DNA of 64,000 nt from Gammaproteobacteria bacterium (GTDB lineage Bacteria; Pseudomonadota; Gammaproteobacteria; Eutrophobiales; Eutrophobiaceae): NCBI GenBank assembly GCA_965116495.1, contig OZ220696.1:4011018-4075017 (forward strand). The letters are read 5' to 3'. The notes below the pieces were generated by a model that was given only the letters and a program-made list of their open reading frames with translations, had not been told where the DNA came from and searched no databases. Below are positions 26,358 to 37,078 of the stretch, one piece after another; within the stretch, counting starts at the first letter, position 1; each line of letters opens with the position of its first letter. A program made the position numbers and the translations under genes.

Positions 26358-27971
26358 GTGAATCAGAGAAAATCAACAATTCAGATATTATTTTACTGTT
26401 TACTGTTGATACTTGTGCCCGCTTCGGCGTATGCCTTGAACCTGGGGGAAATCAACCTGAAATCGGCCCCGGGCGAACCGCTGGAGGCTGAAATTCAGTT
26501 GCTGGGTGTGGCGCCGGACGAACAGGACAGCCTGACCGTCGGCCTGGCGGATGTCGCCGGGTTTCGCTGGGCCGGCATACAATGGTCCCCGGTCCTGAAC
26601 CAGTTGCAATTTGAGCTGAAGCGCGGCGCGGATGATATGGACTACATCCGTATCCTCAGCAGTGAAGTGGTTCAGGCGCAACGGTTACATTTTCTATTGA
26701 AAGTGGCCTGGTCCAGGGGGCGGCTGTTCAGGGAGTATACCCTGGAACTCGGTACGCCGCCGTACGTCTCGGGTGAACAGCCGGGTCAGGCTGTCTCGCA
26801 ACCTGCCGCCGTGCCTGCCGCTGAACGCGATTGGGACAAGGTAAGGGCAGCAGTCGGCGCGGCCCGCAATTACGGGCCGGTTGTCCGGTTCGATACCCTG
26901 TGGTCGCTTGCCCGGGAACTGCGCCCGGACGCTTCGGTCTCCATACAACAAATGATGCTGGCCCTGTTGCGAACCAACCCGGATGCCTTCAGTTACGGTA
27001 ATATCAACCGGTTGAAGGAAGGCGCAGTCCTGTGGATGCCCAATAACTTCGAATTAAAGGCGCTTTCCGGGTCCGAGGCGTATGCCGAAGTACTGGCCCA
27101 GAACAACGTCTGGCGCGAGGCTCGCGGCTACGCCAGCATTGATACGGGCTTGCCCACTGAGCCCGCCACGGTTGCCGTTGACGGGGGGCTGCGCCTGGTT
27201 GCGGTTGCCGAGGAAGACCGGGAAGATAACGGCGCCGCGGCTGTCGACCCGGACGGGACTGCCCGGGCGGAAGCGCTGGCGCTGGCAAATGAGCAGGTCG
27301 AAGGGTTGTCACAGGAAAAAATTGACCTTGAAGACAAGCTGTCTGAATCTGAAACTATCATCAAAGATCTGAGGCGTCTGGTTGAGCTCAAGGATGACGA
27401 ATTGGCTGCCTTGCAGGGGCAAGAGCTGAGTGAACAGGCAGAGCCGGGCCCCGGTCTGGTGGAGCGATTGGAGTCATTCCATGACTCAACGATTGAGCCG
27501 ACGTACAACCTGGCCAGGGATAACTGGCGGGTCGCGCTTGCCTGCCTCGTAGCGCTGCTCCTGGCCGGGTGGTGGTTGCTGCGCAGAAAATCCGCTAATG
27601 CCGTGGGTGGACTGACGATCCCGGCGGCCACAATTCGGCCCGATTTTGTCAAGGTGACCCGCGGCGAAAAAGCGGCTCCCCCGGAAGAAATCATAGAGAG
27701 AGAGGATGATTTCGCAAACGAAATTGAAGCGGAGGAAGAGGAATCCCGTGATGAAACTGAAGCAGCTTTGGATGACAATCAGGAGGATGGAGGGCAGGGC
27801 GAAGATGACGAAGAGGACATGGTGCAGAATAAACTTGAACTCGCCAGGGCGTATCTTGAGCTTGGCGATGCGGAAAACGTCCGTTCCATCCTGCATGAGG
27901 TCCTGTCCGAAGGGAATGCAGCGCAAAGGGAAAAGGCCCGGCAATTACTGGAGCAGACCGCATCAGAGTGA
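26358..27971 (+). CDS. fimV: FimV/HubP-family polar landmark protein (short form)
   Basis: Signal peptide, LysM-like region (YGPVVRFDTLWSLA), coiled coil, one TM segment, an acidic tract and a C-terminal TPR-like FimV motif (LELARAYLELGD). It occupies the conserved asd-fimV-truA position. Confidence 0.78.
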   Translation: MNQRKSTIQILFYCLLLILVPASAYALNLGEINLKSAPGEPLEAEIQLLGVAPDEQDSLTVGLADVAGFRWAGIQWSPVLNQLQFELKRGADDMDYIRILSSEVVQAQRLHFLLKVAWSRGRLFREYTLELGTPPYVSGEQPGQAVSQPAAVPAAERDWDKVRAAVGAARNYGPVVRFDTLWSLARELRPDASVSIQQMMLALLRTNPDAFSYGNINRLKEGAVLWMPNNFELKALSGSEAYAEVLAQNNVWREARGYASIDTGLPTEPATVAVDGGLRLVAVAEEDREDNGAAAVDPDGTARAEALALANEQVEGLSQEKIDLEDKLSESETIIKDLRRLVELKDDELAALQGQELSEQAEPGPGLVERLESFHDSTIEPTYNLARDNWRVALACLVALLLAGWWLLRRKSANAVGGLTIPAATIRPDFVKVTRGEKAAPPEEIIEREDDFANEIEAEEEESRDETEAALDDNQEDGGQGEDDEEDMVQNKLELARAYLELGDAENVRSILHEVLSEGNAAQREKARQLLEQTASE

Positions 27972-27977
27972 CGTCTC

Positions 27978-28769
27978 ATGTTAAAGATTGCCGCCGGTGT
28001 TGAATACGACGGATCGAAATATTCGGGATGGCAAAGACAAAAACACTCGCCGTCCGTGCAAGAGCATGTGGAAGCAGCCTTGTCGGCAGTCGCCGACCAT
28101 CCGCTTTCGGTAACCTGTGCCGGCAGAACGGATGCCGGGGTACACGCGCTCAACCAGGTTATTCATTTTGAGTCAGGTGCTGTGCGGGATACCCATTCCT
28201 GGGTATTCGGCGCTAATTCCCACTTGCCCGGGGACATCAGTTTAACTTGGGCAAAACCTGTCCAGGTTGATTTTCATGCGCGCTACTCGGCAATGAGTCG
28301 CGTTTATAAATATATTATCCTGAACCGCCCGGCGCGGCCGGGACTGGGACATGGCTGTGTAACCTGGGAATGCCGCCGCTTGGATTCCGACAGGATGTCC
28401 ACGGCGGCCCTGTCATTGGTCGGTGAGCATGATTTTACTTCTTACAGGGCAAAATCCTGCCAGGCAAAAACACCCGTCAGAAACGTATTGAACCTGAGCG
28501 TCAAACGGGATAACGAGTATGTCATTATTGTTATTGAAGCCAATGCCTTCCTGCATCACATGGTGCGCAATATCGCAGGCGTGTTGATGGAGATTGGAAT
28601 GGGCAAGCGCGCAGTCGGCTGGGAACTTGACGTGCTTCACGCGAAAAGCAGGGACCACGGCGGTGTGACCGCTGCGCCGGACGGTCTGTGCCTTACGGGA
28701 GTGAACTATCCTGAAAAATATGGAATTCCGGGACAACACACGGACCGTTATTCGGATTACTATATATAA
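27978..28769 (+). CDS. truA: tRNA pseudouridine(38-40) synthase
   Basis: VEYDGSKYSGWQRQ and AGRTDAGVHA catalytic Asp motif. Confidence 0.93.
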   Translation: MLKIAAGVEYDGSKYSGWQRQKHSPSVQEHVEAALSAVADHPLSVTCAGRTDAGVHALNQVIHFESGAVRDTHSWVFGANSHLPGDISLTWAKPVQVDFHARYSAMSRVYKYIILNRPARPGLGHGCVTWECRRLDSDRMSTAALSLVGEHDFTSYRAKSCQAKTPVRNVLNLSVKRDNEYVIIVIEANAFLHHMVRNIAGVLMEIGMGKRAVGWELDVLHAKSRDHGGVTAAPDGLCLTGVNYPEKYGIPGQHTDRYSDYYI

Positions 28770-28796
28770 TCCCATGCCGGATAGTCAGGAGGATAA

Positions 28797-29426
28797 ATGA
28801 CTCCAGGTCGAAGGGTAAGGGCAAAGATCTGCGGGATTACCCGCATCGAAGATGCCCGTGCTGCAATCGACGCGGGGGCCGATGCCCTGGGCTTCGTCTT
28901 CTACCGGGCCAGTCCCCGCTATATCGCGCCGCGCCCGGCACAGGAAATCATCAGCCGGTTGGCGCCGTTCCCGGCAAAGGTCGGGCTGTTCGTTGATCCG
29001 GACAGGGACTTTGTTTCTGCCGTGCTGGAGACGGTCAACCTGGATCTTATCCAGTTTCACGGGGATGAGGATCCCGCTTTTTGCCGCAGTTTCGACAGAC
29101 CTTATATCAAGGCTGTGAGGATGGCGCATGATGTTGATTTACAGGAGAAGTGCCGGCGCTATGCCGATGCCGCGGCCCTGTTGCTGGACAGCTATTCCGA
29201 AACCGTCCATGGCGGGACCGGCGCCAGTTTTGACTGGAGTTTAATGCCGGCCGGATTATCGAAGCCCATCATCCTTGCCGGGGGGTTGACGGTTGCAAAC
29301 GTCGGCCGAGCCATAGTCGCCTGCAAACCGTATGCGGTTGACGTAAGCAGCGGCGTCGAACTTGACAAGGGGGTCAAGGATAAGACGAAAATGATCGCAT
29401 TCATACGAGAGGTATTAAATGGTTAG
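28797..29426 (+). CDS. trpF: Phosphoribosylanthranilate isomerase
   Basis: KICGITR...DALGFVF; 209 aa. Confidence 0.9.
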   Translation: MTPGRRVRAKICGITRIEDARAAIDAGADALGFVFYRASPRYIAPRPAQEIISRLAPFPAKVGLFVDPDRDFVSAVLETVNLDLIQFHGDEDPAFCRSFDRPYIKAVRMAHDVDLQEKCRRYADAAALLLDSYSETVHGGTGASFDWSLMPAGLSKPIILAGGLTVANVGRAIVACKPYAVDVSSGVELDKGVKDKTKMIAFIREVLNG

Positions 29427-29444
29427 GATATTTGAGGTCAGTCC

Positions 29445-29469
29445 GGGGACAGAATTCAATTCTCTCCCC
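29445..29469. repeat. REP family B variant
   Basis: ggggacagaattcaattctctcccc. Confidence 0.7.
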
Positions 29470-29489
29470 TCTGTGGCTAAAAAGGCAGC

Positions 29490-30683
29490 ATGATGTCGGT
29501 ACCGGATGAACACGGCCATTTCGGCGTTTATGGCGGCCGATTCGTCGCAGAGACATTGATTGAGCCGTTGGAGGAGTTGACCAGGGCCTACACGAAGTAC
29601 ATAAACGATGAAGAATTCCTGGCGGAATTTTACCGTGACCTGAAGACGTTCGTGGGCAGGCCGTCACCCCTGTATCACGCGCAGAGGTGGAGCGAAAAAC
29701 TGGGCGGCGCCCGGGTCTACCTCAAGCGGGAGGATTTAAATCATACCGGCGCCCATAAGGTCAATAATACGGTCGGCCAGGCCTTGTTGGCAAAGAGAAT
29801 GGGGAAGACCCGTATCATTGCGGAAACCGGCGCGGGGCAGCACGGTGTGGCTACCGCTACCGTTGCCGCCCGCATGGGCCTGGAGTGCGTCGTGTACATG
29901 GGCGCCGAAGATATACAACGCCAGGCCGTGAACGTATTCCGGATGAAGTTACTGGGGGCCGAGGTCGTGGAAGTCACCTCCGGTTCGCAGACCCTGAAAG
30001 ACGCCATGAACGAAGCCATGCGGGACTGGGTAAGCAATGTCGATGATACGTTCTATATTATCGGGACCGTGGCGGGGCCGCATCCCTACCCGGTACTGGT
30101 CAGGGACCTGCAATCGATCATAGGCAGGGAAACCCGGCAACAATGTCTCGAACTGACGGGCAAACTGCCCGATGTTCTCATAGCCTGTGTCGGCGGTGGA
30201 TCCAATGCGATAGGGTTATTTTATCCATTCCTGAATGATACATCGGTCAGGTTAATCGGCGTGGAGGCCGGTGGCCTGGGCCTGCAGAGCGGCCGCCACG
30301 CGGCCCCGTTAAGCGCCGGCAAACCCGGTGTCCTGCATGGCAACCGGACTTACCTGATGGAAGACGAGCATGGACAGATCAGCCCGACCCATTCCATTTC
30401 TGCCGGGCTTGATTACCCGGGCGTAGGTCCGGAACATGCCTGGTTAAAGGATAGCGGCAGGGTGGAATATGCCACGGTAAATGACACGGAGGCTATTGCC
30501 GCATTTCATGACCTGACCCGTACCGAGGGGGTCATGCCGGCGCTGGAATCAAGTCATGCCCTGGCATACACACCGGAGATTGTCGCACAGGTGGGCAGGG
30601 ACGCAACGATTATCATCAATCTTTCCGGCCGTGGCGATAAGGATATTGAGACGATCGCGACCATGGAGGGAATAACACTTTAA
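29490..30683 (+). CDS. trpB: Tryptophan synthase beta chain
   Basis: [15 protein letters not shown]-lysine motif and GGGSNAIG. Confidence 0.95.
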   Translation: MMSVPDEHGHFGVYGGRFVAETLIEPLEELTRAYTKYINDEEFLAEFYRDLKTFVGRPSPLYHAQRWSEKLGGARVYLKREDLNHTGAHKVNNTVGQALLAKRMGKTRIIAETGAGQHGVATATVAARMGLECVVYMGAEDIQRQAVNVFRMKLLGAEVVEVTSGSQTLKDAMNEAMRDWVSNVDDTFYIIGTVAGPHPYPVLVRDLQSIIGRETRQQCLELTGKLPDVLIACVGGGSNAIGLFYPFLNDTSVRLIGVEAGGLGLQSGRHAAPLSAGKPGVLHGNRTYLMEDEHGQISPTHSISAGLDYPGVGPEHAWLKDSGRVEYATVNDTEAIAAFHDLTRTEGVMPALESSHALAYTPEIVAQVGRDATIIINLSGRGDKDIETIATMEGITL

Positions 30684-30813
30684 GGAATAAACAGCTCAGC
30701 AGTTTCCGCAGCCCCCGCCGCGGAACAGCGCGCGCTCCTGAAAATAAACCTGTCCCCTTTACCCCGTTTGTTGTAGTCTATTGCGTTTAAATACCATTGG
30801 TTTTCGTCAACAG

Positions 30814-31623
30814 ATGAGTCGTATTTCATCCACATACCAGGCGCTTAAACAGCATAACAGAAAGGCCTTGATCCCCTTTATCACCGCCGGAGATCCCGCT
30901 CCGCCGGTTACACTCGAGATCATGCATTCCCTGGTGCGGCACGGGGCTGATTTAATTGAGCTGGGCGTTCCGTTTTCAGACCCGATGGCGGACGGCCCGG
31001 TGATTCAACGCGCCAATGAACGGGCATTGACACAGGGAGTCTCACTGGCGGATGTTTTGCAGATGGTTGAACAATTCCGCCAGTCCGATATCCGTACCCC
31101 GGTAATTTTGATGGGTTACTTGAACCCCATAGAAATCTTCGGCTACGAGGAGTTCGCCCGGAATGCCGCTGCGGCCGGTGTTGACGGGGTCATAATCGTG
31201 GATATGCCGCCCGAAGAGGCGGTGTCGCTCAACCGGCTGTTGCGCGCCAGCCAAATCGACCAGATTTTCCTGGTGACCCCCACTACCACCGAGCAGCGGA
31301 TTAAAGTTATAGACGGGATTGCCTCCGGGTTTCTGTATTATGTCTCCGTGAAAGGGACGACCGGCGGCAAGGGAGCTGACCCGGATGAGATAAAAACAAG
31401 GTTGCGCCTGCTGAGAAGCAAAACCGGTTTGCCCCTGGCTGTCGGTTTCGGGATAAAAGATGCCGAAACGGCTGCGCGGGTAGCAGGTTATTGTGATGCC
31501 GTCGTCATCGGCAGTGCCCTGGTTGAAACGATCCATGCTGCCGCAACTGCAGGATGGGACATTGCAGACCGGGCCGGCTCTTTTGTCGCGCCTGTCAGAC
31601 ATACCCTGGATAAGGCGGCATAG
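30814..31623 (+). CDS. trpA: Tryptophan synthase alpha chain
   Basis: ALIPFITAGDP, ELGVPFSDPMADGPVIQ. The start is placed at the internal ATG (MSRISS...) of ORF 30781. Confidence 0.92.
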   Translation: MSRISSTYQALKQHNRKALIPFITAGDPAPPVTLEIMHSLVRHGADLIELGVPFSDPMADGPVIQRANERALTQGVSLADVLQMVEQFRQSDIRTPVILMGYLNPIEIFGYEEFARNAAAAGVDGVIIVDMPPEEAVSLNRLLRASQIDQIFLVTPTTTEQRIKVIDGIASGFLYYVSVKGTTGGKGADPDEIKTRLRLLRSKTGLPLAVGFGIKDAETAARVAGYCDAVVIGSALVETIHAAATAGWDIADRAGSFVAPVRHTLDKAA

Positions 31624-31632
31624 CGAAGTGTC

Positions 31633-32496
31633 ATGAGCTGGCTGGATAAATTACTTCCCTCGAGAATAAAAACCAACAGCACCAATCGCCGGTCTGTGCC
31701 GGAGGGTGTGTGGACGAAATGCGATAGCTGTAATGCGACGCTTTATCGCGCGGAACTGGCGCGTAACCTGGAAGTTTGTCCGAAATGCGGCCACCATATG
31801 CGTATCGGCGCCCGGGCCAGGCTGGACAGCTTTCTCAACCCGGACGAACGGGTCGAGATCGGTTCTCACATCAAACCGGTAGACAAGTTAAGATTTCGCG
31901 ACAGCAGGAAATACAAGGAAAGACTGACAAGCGCCCATAAGGAAACCGGTGAAAATGACGCCCTGGTAACGGTTATGGGCAAGGTAAAAACAGTATCCCT
32001 GGTTGCCGCTGCATTTGAATTTGAATTTATGGGCGGTTCCATGGGATCGGTCGTGGGAGAGCGGTTTGTGCGCGCCGTGGATACCTGTATGGAACATGAT
32101 GTTCCGCTGGTCTGTTTCTCCGCAAGTGGCGGCGCACGCATGCAGGAAGCCCTGATTTCGCTTTTCCAGATGGCAAAAACAAGCTCGGCCCTGGGTAAAC
32201 TGCGCAATGCCGGTTTGCCTTATATCTCGGTTCTGACAAATCCTACAATGGGTGGTGTGTCAGCGAGCCTGGGCAGCCTGGGAGATATCAATATTGCAGA
32301 ACCGGGCGCTTTGATAGGCTTTGCCGGCCCCCGCGTCATTGAACAAACCGTACGCCAGACCCTGCCTGAGGAATTTCAGAAAAGTGAGTTTTTACTGGAA
32401 CACGGGAATATCGATATGATTTCGGACCGGCGTGAAATGCGGGACAAGATAGTATCATTATTATCCATCCTGTGTCATAAACCGCGCGTCGTTTAA
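31633..32496 (+). CDS. accD: Acetyl-CoA carboxylase carboxyltransferase beta subunit
   Basis: N-terminal C4 zinc ribbon (CDSC...CPKC) and a carboxyltransferase domain. Confidence 0.93.
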   Translation: MSWLDKLLPSRIKTNSTNRRSVPEGVWTKCDSCNATLYRAELARNLEVCPKCGHHMRIGARARLDSFLNPDERVEIGSHIKPVDKLRFRDSRKYKERLTSAHKETGENDALVTVMGKVKTVSLVAAAFEFEFMGGSMGSVVGERFVRAVDTCMEHDVPLVCFSASGGARMQEALISLFQMAKTSSALGKLRNAGLPYISVLTNPTMGGVSASLGSLGDINIAEPGALIGFAGPRVIEQTVRQTLPEEFQKSEFLLEHGNIDMISDRREMRDKIVSLLSILCHKPRVV

Positions 32497-32501
32497 CGCC
32501 C

Positions 32502-33830
32502 ATGAGTTCAGTCCCGAAAGTACTGACCACGCCGATACAGGATCCCGCACCCAGGTTTTCTTACCTGGTAGACTGGCTGGCATGGCAGGAAAGCCTGCAT
32601 TTCACTGCCATAGAACTGGGTCTGGACCGCTGCAACAAGGTGGCTGAGAGAATGGGTCTGCTGCAACCGGACAGCAAGGTGATCAGCATATCCGGCACTA
32701 ACGGAAAAGGGTCCAGCGCGGCGATGCTGGATGCGATGTTGAGACAATCCGGTTACAGGGTCGGAGCATACACTTCACCACACTTAACCAGGTACAACGA
32801 GCGGATTTGTATTGACGGCAGGCAGGTAACGGATGACCAGTTGTGCCATTCATTTAACCGCATTGACCAGGCGCGCGGAGATATTTCCCTGACCTATTTC
32901 GAGTTCGGCACCCTGGCCGCCCTGGATATCTTCCAGCGTTCAGAGTTGGACATCATTATCCTGGAGGTCGGGCTGGGCGGCCGGCTGGATGCCGTCAATA
33001 TACTGGATGCCGATATTGCCCTGGTAGTGACGATTGACCTGGACCACGAGAAATGGCTGGGTTATACCAGGGAAAGCATCGGCAGGGAAAAGGCGGGGAT
33101 ATTCAGACGCGACCGCCCGGCAGTCTGCTCGGACCTGGCCGCGCCGGACTCCATTTCAGCCTATGCACAGGAAGCAGGCGCGTTGCTGTACCAGGCGGGG
33201 CAGGACTTTACCTGTGCGATGGGTTCGGATACCTGGACCTGGAAGTGTACGGACAAGGTTTATGAAGGTCTACCCAAGCCCGGTGTCAATAATACCAGGC
33301 AGGTACAAAATGCCGCCGGTGTGCTGATGGCGCTGGAAACCATGGCCGGTGAATTTCCGGTCAGCCAGGAAACAATCAGGGCCTGTCTGCGGGATTTTCG
33401 ACTTGCCGGCCGGTTTCAGGTTATCCCCGGGGAGATTCCCTGTATCCTGGACGTCGCGCATAATCGGCAGGCCGTTTCGGCACTGGTCGAAAATGTAAGG
33501 AAAATTCCCTGTCACGGCGAAACACATATCGTGATAGGTATGCTCAAGGATAAAAATCATGCCGCCGTGTTCGAGGAGTTGGAGGAAATTGCCGACTGCT
33601 GGTATGTAGCTGAGTTGCAGGCGGATCGAGCGGCAAGCCTGACAGAATTAACCGGTGCCTTGGGAAAATATGAAGATGAGGCGAAAATCAAGCAGTTCCG
33701 GACTGTCAATGAAGCGCTGGCAGATGCCGAAGCCTGTTGTTATATCGGTGACAGGATCATTGTTACCGGGTCGTTCGTAACCGTCGGCACTGCAATTGAT
33801 TACCTGAAGCGTAATTGGGGGCGGAATTAA
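32502..33830 (+). CDS. folC: Bifunctional folylpolyglutamate synthase/dihydrofolate synthase
   Basis: Mur-ligase P-loop ISGTNGKGS. It occupies the conserved accD-folC position. Confidence 0.9.
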   Translation: MSSVPKVLTTPIQDPAPRFSYLVDWLAWQESLHFTAIELGLDRCNKVAERMGLLQPDSKVISISGTNGKGSSAAMLDAMLRQSGYRVGAYTSPHLTRYNERICIDGRQVTDDQLCHSFNRIDQARGDISLTYFEFGTLAALDIFQRSELDIIILEVGLGGRLDAVNILDADIALVVTIDLDHEKWLGYTRESIGREKAGIFRRDRPAVCSDLAAPDSISAYAQEAGALLYQAGQDFTCAMGSDTWTWKCTDKVYEGLPKPGVNNTRQVQNAAGVLMALETMAGEFPVSQETIRACLRDFRLAGRFQVIPGEIPCILDVAHNRQAVSALVENVRKIPCHGETHIVIGMLKDKNHAAVFEELEEIADCWYVAELQADRAASLTELTGALGKYEDEAKIKQFRTVNEALADAEACCYIGDRIIVTGSFVTVGTAIDYLKRNWGRN

Positions 33831-33840
33831 TTCCGTCCCC
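33817..33840. repeat. REP family B palindrome overlapping the folC stop
   Basis: gggggcggaattaattccgtcccc. Confidence 0.75.
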
Positions 33841-33853
33841 TGTGGAACTGGAA

Positions 33854-34420
33854 ATGGAACAGAAATTAAAAGAAAGACTTACCGGAGCTGTCGTTCTGAT
33901 TTTGCTGGCCGTGATCGTTGTCCCCCTGCTCCTGGATGATACCCGGCGAGTGGATACCAGGATCACGGCAACCAACATCCCGGAAAAACCGGATGACAAA
34001 TTCACAACGCGGTTGGTGCCCATCCTGGAACAGGATGAAATCCTCCCGGGAGCAGATCTGGAGGAAGCTATTCCGGCCCCGGTCGATGCGAAAGACGCAA
34101 CCATCGCCGAGGCGCCGGACCCGGATGAACCCACAGAAACTGCACCCGATGCAGGCGCTGAACCGACAAACAAGGATTTAACCGGTTGGGTTGTTCAGGT
34201 CGGCAGTCTTTCCAGGGCAAATGCCGATAAACTTAATGATCAACTGCGGCAAGCAGGGTATCGCTCATACGTTGTTGATGAGCCGGTAACAGCGAAAGAC
34301 GGTTCCCTGTTGTACCGGGTAAGAATAGGGCCTGAGGTGCTACGTTCGGAAGCATTGAAATTGAAAGCGGAATTAAAGAAGGAAATGAAACTGGATGGTT
34401 TTGTATTGAACTATCCGTGA
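33854..34420 (+). CDS. dedD: SPOR domain cell-division protein (DedD-like)
   Basis: N-terminal TM segment (LTGAVVLILLAVIVVPLLL), a Pro/Asp/Glu-rich linker and a C-terminal SPOR domain (GWVVQVGSLS...YRVRIGP). Confidence 0.75.
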   Translation: MEQKLKERLTGAVVLILLAVIVVPLLLDDTRRVDTRITATNIPEKPDDKFTTRLVPILEQDEILPGADLEEAIPAPVDAKDATIAEAPDPDEPTETAPDAGAEPTNKDLTGWVVQVGSLSRANADKLNDQLRQAGYRSYVVDEPVTAKDGSLLYRVRIGPEVLRSEALKLKAELKKEMKLDGFVLNYP

Positions 34421-34427
34421 CCTGATC

Positions 34428-34934
34428 GTGGAAGGCGTAGACATAGGCATTCTGGTAATTCTGTTCCTGCCTGCAATCATGGGATTGCTGTACGGCTTAT
34501 TACATCTCCTGTTTTCGATTGCCGCATGGATAATGGCCGCCGTGACGGCGACTAAACTCAGCGGGTTATTTTCTCCCCTGTTGGCTGATCATATGGAACC
34601 GGTACTCAGGAATGTCATCGCATTTGCCGGCGTCTTTGTTATCAGCCTGGTAATCTTTACGGCGTTGGGATATTTCATTGTAAAGTTACTCGGCAGGACA
34701 GGGTTGACCGCCGTTGACAGGTTTCTGGGTTTTTTCTTTGGGATTGGGCTGGGCGGCGCGACAATTACCATCCTCGTATTCCTGGCCGGCTTTACGGTAA
34801 TATCTAAACATGAATGGTGGCATGAGGCGGTGCTGATTGAACCGTTCCAGCGTGCCTGCGTGTGGGGGCAGCGCTTTCTTTCGGAAGACATCGCTGTTTA
34901 TCATCGATATGAACTTTCTCCGTCAGCAGAATAA
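34428..34934 (+). CDS. cvpA: Colicin V production protein CvpA
   Basis: Four-TM small membrane protein in the conserved dedD-cvpA-purF arrangement; GTG start. Confidence 0.85.
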   Translation: MEGVDIGILVILFLPAIMGLLYGLLHLLFSIAAWIMAAVTATKLSGLFSPLLADHMEPVLRNVIAFAGVFVISLVIFTALGYFIVKLLGRTGLTAVDRFLGFFFGIGLGGATITILVFLAGFTVISKHEWWHEAVLIEPFQRACVWGQRFLSEDIAVYHRYELSPSAE

Positions 34935-34962
34935 AGAGGGCCGGGGACCAGGGCGGACATCA

Positions 34963-35038
34963 GGGGACAGCCCCCTGCTTACAACCCTGCCTCGAGGGCC
35001 AGGGCAGGCATGCAGGGACATGCTTACAATCTGTCCCC
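34963..35038. repeat. REP family C: 76-nt structured repeat (copy 1)
   Basis: ggggacag...ccctgcctcgagggccagggcaggcatgcaggg...ctgtcccc. It is near-identical to 38414-38488. Confidence 0.85.
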
Positions 35039-35072
35039 GGCAGTTTGTCCCAGCTAGCTTACAGTAGAGAAA

Positions 35073-36590
35073 ATGTGTGGCATTATCGGAATTGTTGCAA
35101 AATCAAATGTCAACCAGGCGCTGTTCGACGGCCTGACGATCCTGCAGCACAGGGGGCAGGATGCAGCCGGTATAGTTACCTGCGATAATGCCCGGCTTTA
35201 TCTCTGTAAAAACAACGGCCTTGTCAGGGATGTCTTCAATTCCAGCCAGATGTTGAACCTCAAGGGCAACATGGGCATCGGGCATATCCGCTATCCCACT
35301 GCGGGCTGTTCATCTTCCTCCGAGGCGCAGCCATTTTATGTCAATTCTCCCTACGGGATTGCCCTTGCTCATAACGGCAATCTCACCAACAGCGAAGAAC
35401 TGAAACGGGATCTCATAATGGATGAGTTAAGGCACATCAATACGGAATCGGATTCCGAGGTGTTGCTGAATATCCTGGCCTTCGAATTGCAGCACATCGG
35501 CAAACTGAAAAAGGACCTGACGCCGCATGATATTTTTTCGGCCGTACGCAGGCTGCACACGCGTTGTCGCGGCGGGTATTCTGCCGTTGCGCTGATTTCC
35601 GGCGTGGGTGTTCTTGCCTTCCGCGACCAGTTCGGCATTCGCCCGATTATCTTCGGCGAGCGCACCACCGACAGGGGCAAGGAATTTGTTGTTGCCTCTG
35701 AAAGTGTGGCCATGGACGCCCTGGATTTCAGCGTGCTGCGTGATATAAGTCCGGGCGAGGCTATATTCATCAGTGAACAGGGTGAGTTATTTTCAGACCA
35801 ATGTACGGAACACCCACAACATACGCCTTGTATCTTTGAATATGTGTACCTGGCCAGGCCGGATTCCGTCATCGACAACATCTCCGTATATAAAACCCGT
35901 CTGCGCATGGGTGAGGCCCTTGCCGCGAAGATATTAAGGCTGCGGCCGGACCATGATATCGACGTAGTGATCCCCATCCCGGATACGGGCCGCACCGCTG
36001 CGCTGCCCCTGGCCTATGAACTGGGCGTTAAATACCGCGAAGGATTTATCAAGAACAGGTATATCCCGCGCACGTTTATCATGCCCGGTCAGAGCATCAG
36101 GAAAAAGTCCGTAAGGCAGAAACTGAACGCGATAGGACTGGAGTTCCGGGGCAAGAATGTGCTGCTGGTGGATGATTCCATCGTACGCGGCACGACGTCC
36201 AGGGAAATCGTGCAAATGGCCCGGGATGCGGGCGCGGCAAAAGTATATTTTGCCTCAGCCGCGCCGCCGGTGCTGTATCCCAACGTTTACGGCATTGATA
36301 TACCGACCCCTGATGAGCTGGTTGCCTATGGCCGGACTGAAGAAGAAGTGTGCGCGTCAATCGGCGCTGACTGGCTGATCTACCAGGAAGTGGAAGACCT
36401 GGTGGAAGCGGCAAGAGAAGGGAACCCCGGCATCAACCGCTTCGAGATGTCGGTCTTCACCGGTGAATACGTAACCGGAGACGTGAGCGAAGACTACCTG
36501 GCGCAACTGTCGGTCGAGCGTAGTGATTCAGCCAAACAGTCGCGCTCCCTGGTGGATGACGTGCTCAACGACCTGTCGAATATGACCTGA
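35073..36590 (+). CDS. purF: Amidophosphoribosyltransferase
   Basis: MCGIIGIV Ntn-Cys start and a PRTase motif VLLVDDSIVRGTT. Confidence 0.95.
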   Translation: MCGIIGIVAKSNVNQALFDGLTILQHRGQDAAGIVTCDNARLYLCKNNGLVRDVFNSSQMLNLKGNMGIGHIRYPTAGCSSSSEAQPFYVNSPYGIALAHNGNLTNSEELKRDLIMDELRHINTESDSEVLLNILAFELQHIGKLKKDLTPHDIFSAVRRLHTRCRGGYSAVALISGVGVLAFRDQFGIRPIIFGERTTDRGKEFVVASESVAMDALDFSVLRDISPGEAIFISEQGELFSDQCTEHPQHTPCIFEYVYLARPDSVIDNISVYKTRLRMGEALAAKILRLRPDHDIDVVIPIPDTGRTAALPLAYELGVKYREGFIKNRYIPRTFIMPGQSIRKKSVRQKLNAIGLEFRGKNVLLVDDSIVRGTTSREIVQMARDAGAAKVYFASAAPPVLYPNVYGIDIPTPDELVAYGRTEEEVCASIGADWLIYQEVEDLVEAAREGNPGINRFEMSVFTGEYVTGDVSEDYLAQLSVERSDSAKQSRSLVDDVLNDLSNMT

Positions 36591-36593
36591 CCG

Positions 36594-37061
36594 CTATTCC
36601 TTGTTTTCCTGGTCCGGGCCGGCAGAACCCGTCGACTTGAAAAAGCTGTTCTGCAGTTGCCGCCATGCCTCCATGTTTTGCTCGGTGATCTCACTCATTG
36701 TTGCGGCAAAAGGATTGCTGCTGACCGCCTGCTGAAAGTTTTTCTGCATGTTCTGTTGTTGCGCAGCAAACATTTCCAGGCTCTTTTGCAGGTAGTCGCT
36801 GAATGCGGACTGGTAGGCGTTGCCGTAAAAACGGATGAGCTGAGTCAGCATCGGTGTATTGAATATGGGTTTCCCCTCGTGTTCCTGTTCCGCGATGATC
36901 TGCAACAAGACGTTGCGCGTCAGGTCTTCCTCAGTCTTGACGTCCGTAATACGAAATTCGACTCCGTCCAGTACCAGCTTCCTGACGTCATCGAGCGTGA
37001 TGTATTTGCTGATCTCGGTATCGTAGAGTCGGCGGTTCGGGTATTTTTTTATGATTCGCAT
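36594..37061 (-). CDS. phaR: Polyhydroxyalkanoate synthesis repressor PhaR
   Basis: MRIIKKYPNRRLYDTEISKYITLDDV. The start is trimmed to this Met because the longer ORF overlaps the thiolase gene. Confidence 0.88.
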   Translation of the reverse strand: MRIIKKYPNRRLYDTEISKYITLDDVRKLVLDGVEFRITDVKTEEDLTRNVLLQIIAEQEHEGKPIFNTPMLTQLIRFYGNAYQSAFSDYLQKSLEMFAAQQQNMQKNFQQAVSSNPFAATMSEITEQNMEAWRQLQNSFFKSTGSAGPDQENKE

Positions 37062-37078
37062 AGCGGTTAAACACTCGG

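Noticed and set aside
30684-30813. The unusually long (130-bp) trpB-trpA spacer was considered as a possible attenuator or sRNA
   Set aside because: It holds only a weak 6-bp stem (ttccgc/gcggaa) with no T-tract or leader peptide. The evidence is insufficient to call a feature.
34837-35067. The 76-aa ORF here and the 151-aa ORF at 38348-38803 share the peptide LLTTLPRGPGQACR, which hinted at a small paralogous gene family
   Set aside because: The shared peptide is simply the translation of the REP-C repeat. The ORFs have no similarity outside the repeat and no start context.
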